The notes below the pieces were generated by a model, which saw only the letters and a list, made by a program, of their open reading frames with translations, did no database searches and had not been told where the DNA came from. The translations under genes and the position numbers were made by a program. From contig JAGVOW010000061.1 of the NCBI GenBank assembly GCA_020052515.1, positions 8,685 through 72,684 on the forward strand: a stretch of 64,000 nt of DNA, read 5' to 3'. Below, piece after piece: positions 59,117-64,000 of this stretch; position 1 is the first letter of the stretch, and each line of letters starts with the position of its first letter. Source of the DNA: Brevinematales bacterium. GTDB taxonomy: Bacteria; Spirochaetota; Brevinematia; Brevinematales; JAOACQ01.

Positions 59117-60448
59117 ATGCTAAAATTGAATTCCAACAAAATATTCGTTCTGGATACCAATGTTATTCTCCACGATTATCAATGTATTTACTCCTTTTCC
59201 TACCACAATGTTATTATCCCTATTACAGTATTGGAAGAAATCGATAAGTTTAAGCGCGGCAATGAAATCATCAACTATAATGCAAGGGAATTTATTCGGG
59301 AGCTCGACGAATTGATTGATGGCAAACTTCTGAATGAAGGGGCGTCTCTCCCGGACGGCGGGATGATATTGGTGGAAACAAACACTATGAAAGACCCCCT
59401 GCTTTTGGAAACATTCTGGGAAGACAAGCCTGACCATCGAATACTTTCAGTCGCTTATAATCTCTCAAAAGAATATGGGTCAGAAAAAGTCACTCTAGTT
59501 TCCAAAGATATGAATCTCAGGATGAAAGCAAAGAGTTTTGGCATCAAGGCTGAAGACTACGAAACCGGAAAGATCAAAAATATTGATGATTTATACACCG
59601 GAAAATATTTAATTGAAAATGTTCCGGCCAACATTATTGATGAGATATACAAAAACGGTTTTATTTCTTTAGAAGAAGCAAAATTAGACATACCTACACC
59701 CTATCCCAACCAATATTTTATTGTTAAAAACGACCATAAAAGCATTCTGGCCAATTACCATTCCGAGAAAAACTCGCTCCGGCTGGTCGAAAAAAAGAAG
59801 GCTTATGGAATTGCTCCTAGAAACGCGGAGCAGATTTTTGCGCTTGATGCCCTTATGAATCATAAAATCAGCCTGGTCAGTCTTTCCGGCAAAGCTGGAA
59901 CTGGTAAAACCTTAATGGCACTGGCAGCTTCTTTGGAAAGAAGGGGAGATTACCGTCAGATTATACTTGCCCGTCCTATTGTTCCCCTATCCAACCGGGA
60001 TATCGGCTACCTTCCTGGAGATATCCAGGAAAAAATAGACCCCTATATGCAGCCTCTTTTTGACAACCTTTCCGTAATCCAGCACCAGTTTGAAGAAGAT
60101 TCCAATGAATTTCGAAAAATCAAAGAATTATTGGACTCAGAAAGGCTCCTTATTATGGCGCTTACTTACATTCGAGGCAGAAGCCTGTCAAAGGCCTATT
60201 TTATAGTGGATGAAGCGCAGAATCTGACCCCCCATGAAGTAAAAACCATCATTACCCGGGCAGGCGAAGGGACAAAAGTTGTTTTTGCCGGCGATCCTTA
60301 CCAGATTGACACGCCTTATCTGGATTCAAGAAGCAACGGATTGACCTATTTAATAGACCGGATGAAAGGACAGGAGATTTATGCCCATATTACCATGGAA
60401 AAAGGCGAACGTTCGCATCTCGCAGAATTGGCTTCCAATCTGCTTTAA
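59117..60448 (+). CDS. PIN-PhoH protein (PhoH2/YlaK-like)
   Basis: FVLDTNV, VLEEID, DHRIL, VSKD.NLR; GKAGTGKT, RGRSL, DEAQN, GD.YQID. Confidence 0.93.
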   Translation: MLKLNSNKIFVLDTNVILHDYQCIYSFSYHNVIIPITVLEEIDKFKRGNEIINYNAREFIRELDELIDGKLLNEGASLPDGGMILVETNTMKDPLLLETFWEDKPDHRILSVAYNLSKEYGSEKVTLVSKDMNLRMKAKSFGIKAEDYETGKIKNIDDLYTGKYLIENVPANIIDEIYKNGFISLEEAKLDIPTPYPNQYFIVKNDHKSILANYHSEKNSLRLVEKKKAYGIAPRNAEQIFALDALMNHKISLVSLSGKAGTGKTLMALAASLERRGDYRQIILARPIVPLSNRDIGYLPGDIQEKIDPYMQPLFDNLSVIQHQFEEDSNEFRKIKELLDSERLLIMALTYIRGRSLSKAYFIVDEAQNLTPHEVKTIITRAGEGTKVVFAGDPYQIDTPYLDSRSNGLTYLIDRMKGQEIYAHITMEKGERSHLAELASNLL

Positions 60449-60457
60449 TTCATCTTT

Positions 60458-61468
60458 ATGAAAGAAGCATTTTACTTCTCCAGACAGGAAGGTCAGAAAT
60501 CCCAATGTCAGCTTTGTCCGCACAATTGTTTGACAAGTGAAGGCCAATCTGGGATCTGCAAAGCGAGAATCAATAAAGAGGGGAAACTCTACAGTTTGAA
60601 TTATGGTGTTATTTCCAGCATGTCACTGGATCCAATTGAAAAAAAACCTCTTTATCATTATTATCCAGGCTCCCAGATTTTTTCTATCGGGACACTGGGC
60701 TGCAATCTACATTGCCCATTTTGCCAGAATTATCAGATCTCACGCTATTTTGAAGAAAATACAAATCGTTTTTTTGCCCAGTTTTCTTCAGAACAAATAT
60801 TAGAATTGGCGAAGAAAAATATTGCGGCTTCACCCTCCTGTTTTAAAGGAATTGCTTATACCTATTCCGAACCGCTCATAGCGTATGAAACTGTCCGGGA
60901 ATGTTCAGAATTATTCAAAAATAACGGCTTCAGAAATATATTGGTCACTAATGGTTTTATAAACTCAAAACCCTTGAAGGAACTATTGCCCTTTATTGAT
61001 GCCGCAAACATTGATCTAAAGGCTTACACAGAAGAAAATTATAAAAAACTGGGCGGAAGATTAAAACCGGTATTAGAAACAATTGCAGCCTTTAAAAACG
61101 CTGGAATTCACATTGAGATAACAACTCTGCTGGTTACCGGCCTGAATGACCGAATGGAAGAACTGGAAAGCCTGGTAAAATGGATAGAGAAATTGGATAA
61201 AAATATTCCTCTTCATATTTCCCGCTACTTCCCGCAATACCATTATCAAGAACCCCCTACTGATCTTCATTTTATGGAAGCTGTTAAAAAAATGGCATCT
61301 TCTTATCTCCATTATGTATACCTGGGAAACATTCCAGGAGAAAGCAGCACATTCTGCCCGAAGTGCAAGAACCTTTTGATCGAAAGGATAAATTATCAGA
61401 CAAATATAAAAGGCCTGATAAATCAAAGCTGTAGCCAATGCGGAAGAAAGGCAGACATTATTCTGTAA
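60458..61468 (+). CDS. amrS: AmmeMemoRadiSam system radical SAM enzyme
   Basis: C.LCP..C..G.C..R.N, DPIEKKPLYH.YPG, GCNLHCPFCQN, AYTYSEP, ANIDLK, PLHISRYFP, YVYLGN, T.CP.C. Confidence 0.92.
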   Translation: MKEAFYFSRQEGQKSQCQLCPHNCLTSEGQSGICKARINKEGKLYSLNYGVISSMSLDPIEKKPLYHYYPGSQIFSIGTLGCNLHCPFCQNYQISRYFEENTNRFFAQFSSEQILELAKKNIAASPSCFKGIAYTYSEPLIAYETVRECSELFKNNGFRNILVTNGFINSKPLKELLPFIDAANIDLKAYTEENYKKLGGRLKPVLETIAAFKNAGIHIEITTLLVTGLNDRMEELESLVKWIEKLDKNIPLHISRYFPQYHYQEPPTDLHFMEAVKKMASSYLHYVYLGNIPGESSTFCPKCKNLLIERINYQTNIKGLINQSCSQCGRKADIIL

Positions 61469-61508
61469 ACATTTAAACAACTATTCAACCATCAATTTAA
61501 GTCAATCT

Positions 61509-61544
61509 ATCTCCCCCCCCCCCTCTTGGGAGGGGAAATGGTTT
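61509..61544. repeat. Truncated family A arm with poly-C run
   Basis: CCCCTCTTGGGAGGGGAAATGGTTT; same tail as 5490-5515. Confidence 0.7.
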
Positions 61545-61636
61545 GTAGTTATAAAAGCGCAATTGTCGACAAACATTACAAATAAAGTATAATTTGTTTG
61601 TTTTTAATGAATAAATGAAACATTTGTGTTAAAATT

Positions 61637-61665
61637 TTGCAAATTTTTTTATTCTAAATTATAAT
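61637..61665 (+). promoter_or_regulatory. Putative sigma70 promoter
   Basis: TTGCAA-N17-TATAAT. Confidence 0.6.
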
Positions 61666-61693
61666 ATTTCGTAAAGAAGGGATAGGGTAATTT

Positions 61694-62410
61694 ATGTCCA
61701 GAGTTTTAGTTATTGAAGACGAAAACAATATGAGCGCCTCTATAAAAGACAGCCTGGAATTTGAGGGCTATGAAACTATTATTTCAAAAGATGGAAAAGA
61801 CGGCCTTGCTTGCCTCAATCGGGAAGGATTTGACAGTGTGGTGCTGGACATTTCCCTGCCGGAAATAGACGGCTATGAGGTTTTAAGGGAATTTAGAAAA
61901 ATTAACAAAGAAACACCTGTCATTCTTATTTCCGGGAGGACCAATGAAGAAGACAAAGTCTTTGGTTTTAACCTGGGCGCTGATGATTATTTAACCAAAC
62001 CTTTTTCTATTATAGAACTTGTAGCTCGAGTCAGGGCACATATTCGCAGGACTCATATTCTGAAGGGAACTCATTTACTCAAATCAGGTTCATACCCAGG
62101 CTATGAGCCGGTTACTATCAAGATTGGTGAAGCTCTGGTCTTTTTAGACAAGATGACAGTAAAACTGGAAGAAAAAGAAGCCCCTTTAACCCCAAAAGAG
62201 CTGGGAATAATCCGTCTTCTCTACAAAAATCGCGGAAAAGTGGTGTCACGAGATATGATGATGAAAGAAATATGGGGAGAAGACATTTTTGTTACAGAAA
62301 GAGTCATTGATACAAATGTCGTTTCTATCCGGAAAAAAATTGGCGATATTGGCAGAAAATCTAAGTATATTAAGACGATTTTTGGCATCGGTTACAAATT
62401 GGCAGAGTGA
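61694..62410 (+). CDS. OmpR/PhoB family response regulator
   Basis: VLVIEDE, LDISLP..DG, GADDYLTKPF, LTPKE, R.ID..V..IRKK, I.T.FG.GYK. Confidence 0.93.
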   Translation: MSRVLVIEDENNMSASIKDSLEFEGYETIISKDGKDGLACLNREGFDSVVLDISLPEIDGYEVLREFRKINKETPVILISGRTNEEDKVFGFNLGADDYLTKPFSIIELVARVRAHIRRTHILKGTHLLKSGSYPGYEPVTIKIGEALVFLDKMTVKLEEKEAPLTPKELGIIRLLYKNRGKVVSRDMMMKEIWGEDIFVTERVIDTNVVSIRKKIGDIGRKSKYIKTIFGIGYKLAE

Positions 62411-62416
62411 TGATTT

Positions 62417-63013
62417 ATGAAAAAATTATTATGCATCATTTTCTTTTTAATTGCTTTTACTCTTTCCTATGGAGCTCCTACAACTATTACTCCCGCCAAT
62501 ACTGACGAGGGGAAGTTCATGCTGACTTTTGGGTCAGATTTTCTATACAACCCCTCCAATGACATTCTTTCTATTTTTGACCTGGGCGCCCGTTTTGGGC
62601 TTCCCGGCGGTTTTGATGTCGGATTAAATATTTACAAATTAGGCGCTATTCTGGATCTTAAATACTTCTTCCTGAGAGCTACGATTTTTACAACCGCAAT
62701 TGATTTGGAAGGAGGGTTCAACAATTTACAGCAAGTCTGGGGCGGCCTGGGTATTGTTATGGGAATGGAACTGGAACCTTTTTTGGGTGTCTATACCTCT
62801 TTCCGGTGGCGATATCCAGCTATAAAAGAGATTGATTCTATTCAAAACGACGTATCTGGAGTTGTATTTATCATGAAATTTGGATTAGAACTATTCAGGC
62901 AAGAAACATTTTCTTTCCTGTTAGAAGGCGGATTTGAAAAAAGCTGGAGTCTTAGCGCAAACCCTTCTTTTGATCTCACCGCCGCAGCCATGGTACATTG
63001 GAAGCTTTACTAG
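62417..63013 (+). CDS. Hypothetical exported protein, probable small beta-barrel
   Basis: Signal peptide; alternating strands ARFGL..FDVGL, LDLKY; aromatic C-terminus VHWKLY. Confidence 0.55.
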   Translation: MKKLLCIIFFLIAFTLSYGAPTTITPANTDEGKFMLTFGSDFLYNPSNDILSIFDLGARFGLPGGFDVGLNIYKLGAILDLKYFFLRATIFTTAIDLEGGFNNLQQVWGGLGIVMGMELEPFLGVYTSFRWRYPAIKEIDSIQNDVSGVVFIMKFGLELFRQETFSFLLEGGFEKSWSLSANPSFDLTAAAMVHWKLY

Positions 63014-63651
63014 TAAGAAAGCGAATAAACAACAATATTGACCCCCATTCGAATTGCCTCTTCCCGTTTTTCCGGCGGGTCGCCATGCACTTCCGGCAAA
63101 TCCCATCCATTACCGATATCTGAGTTGTAAGCATAAAAAAGCGCCAGACGGTTCTGGATAAATAAACCAAACCCTTTCGGCGCCCCTTCGTAGTGCTCAT
63201 GTATTTTAGGCAGGCCATTTTTAAAAGAGTAAAAAGAATGGTAAAGGGGGTGGGGAAAACTCACTTCCTGCATCAAATTATCTGGAAAAACTTCCCGCAT
63301 GGTTTTTCGAAAAGATTCATCCATTCCGTAGTCGTCATTGGCGAAAACAAATCCGCCGTTCAATAGAAATTTCCTTAAATTTACCCTTTCCCTTTCTGAC
63401 AGCTCTATTGGGACATGGCCATTGATAAAGAGAAAATCATGCTGAAATATCGCATTATCCTCGAGGGAAAGCTCAAAAGGAGAAAGATTTACTTCTATAT
63501 TGCTTCTCTTTTTCAATTCGGAAAGAAAATTTTTGACTTCACCGCGCGCGTTGTAGTGATCGCCGTTTTTGTATTTGACAATGACAAAATCAAAAGCCGG
63601 CAAGCTTTCGAAAATAAAACACAATAAAAGAACTATTAGACTGATTTTCAT
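63010..63651 (-). CDS. DUF4159 domain protein
   Basis: VKY..GD.Y, F..GH..I..S..E..NLR.FL.NGGF..DDYG.D, HPLYH, GLPKIHEH, DIGNGW..VH.DP..RE.A.RMG.N. Confidence 0.85.
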   Translation of the reverse strand: MKISLIVLLLCFIFESLPAFDFVIVKYKNGDHYNARGEVKNFLSELKKRSNIEVNLSPFELSLEDNAIFQHDFLFINGHVPIELSERERVNLRKFLLNGGFVFANDDYGMDESFRKTMREVFPDNLMQEVSFPHPLYHSFYSFKNGLPKIHEHYEGAPKGFGLFIQNRLALFYAYNSDIGNGWDLPEVHGDPPEKREEAIRMGVNIVVYSLSY

Positions 63652-63663
63652 AATAAACACTCC

Positions 63664-63767
63664 TGCCTCATCCCCCCGCCCCCCTTCTCCATTCCGGTTG
63701 CGAAACTGCCGGAACGGTAATTCCACACCCCTCTCCGCCGCAGTGGAGAGGGGCCGGGGGTGAGGCA
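63664..63767. repeat. Family B palindromic element
   Basis: TGCCTCATCCCCCC...CCCCTCTCC-GCCGCAGT-GGAGAGGGGCCGGGGGTGAGGCA. Confidence 0.85.
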
Positions 63768-63768
63768 T

Positions 63769-63945
63769 CTAATGATAAATCATATTCGTAATAAAGCCAA
63801 TAATTAAGCCGCCTATAATACCAATCACATTGATGGGGACATAAGCCAGCAAGAATAGGATTCATCCCTAAATTGATATTTGGAATAATGAGGCCCGCCA
63901 TAAACCTTTCTAAAAAAGCCCCCAGGATCGCTTCCATTTTCTTTC
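63769..63945 (-). pseudogene. Eroded small membrane-protein gene in two frames
   Basis: RKKMEAILGAFLERFMAGLIIPNINLGMNPILAG shifts frame to AYVPINVIGIIGGLIIGFITNMIYH*; no N-terminus. Confidence 0.5.
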
Positions 63946-64000
63946 TTATGTCTTTCTCTTTTTCTTCTCCGCGGCGGGAAAAAGCACATTATTCAGGATA
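63946..64000 (-). CDS. C-terminal end of a gene extending beyond the window
   Basis: ILNNVLFPAAEKKKRKT*; resembles the C-terminus of a Bacteroidota-type conserved protein often labelled 'asparagine synthetase B' (from recall, unverified). Confidence 0.5.
   Translation of the reverse strand, partial: ILNNVLFPAAEKKKRKT

Noticed and set aside
61513-61523. Poly-C tract as a phase-variation switch
   Set aside because: Intergenic, part of a collapsed family A repeat, and outside the predicted promoter spacer.

Overview
A gene-dense bacterial chromosomal segment of roughly 40% GC, most consistent with a spirochete. The evidence is tamB-bamA-skp synteny, an 'RGW' variant of the BamA loop-6 motif and a UPF0164/PorV-like barrel; the lineage is inferred, not searched. 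Housekeeping content: ABC-F, rlpA, TamB/BamA/Skp, radA, PFOR, aroB, galE, leuS, gcvPA/PB, glgA, folE2/queD, split transketolase, PIN-PhoH and an AmmeMemoRadiSam radical SAM enzyme. There is one intact HigBA-type TA pair and one deletion-broken vapBC. At least six families of short palindromic intergenic repeats occur, with no transposase, tRNA, rRNA or CRISPR array seen. Most notable observations: (1) an 8-kb operon of DUF11 and FN3-discoidin secreted proteins ending in a FlgD-Ig/T9SS-CTD-like cargo and a PorV-like barrel fused to TPR and CBM48; (2) a strong T-N/S-N dipeptide bias in several exported proteins, a possible glycosylation sequon; (3) an 11x21-bp GGA-rich array inside the predicted ~300-nt glgA leader, ending in a CsrA-consensus-like SD; (4) a covarying hairpin+SD element before two sugar genes; (5) a catalytically dead GH13; (6) a triple-PII protein paired with a fused double-DUF1538 membrane protein. 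All family calls come from motif recognition and all counts were made by hand.
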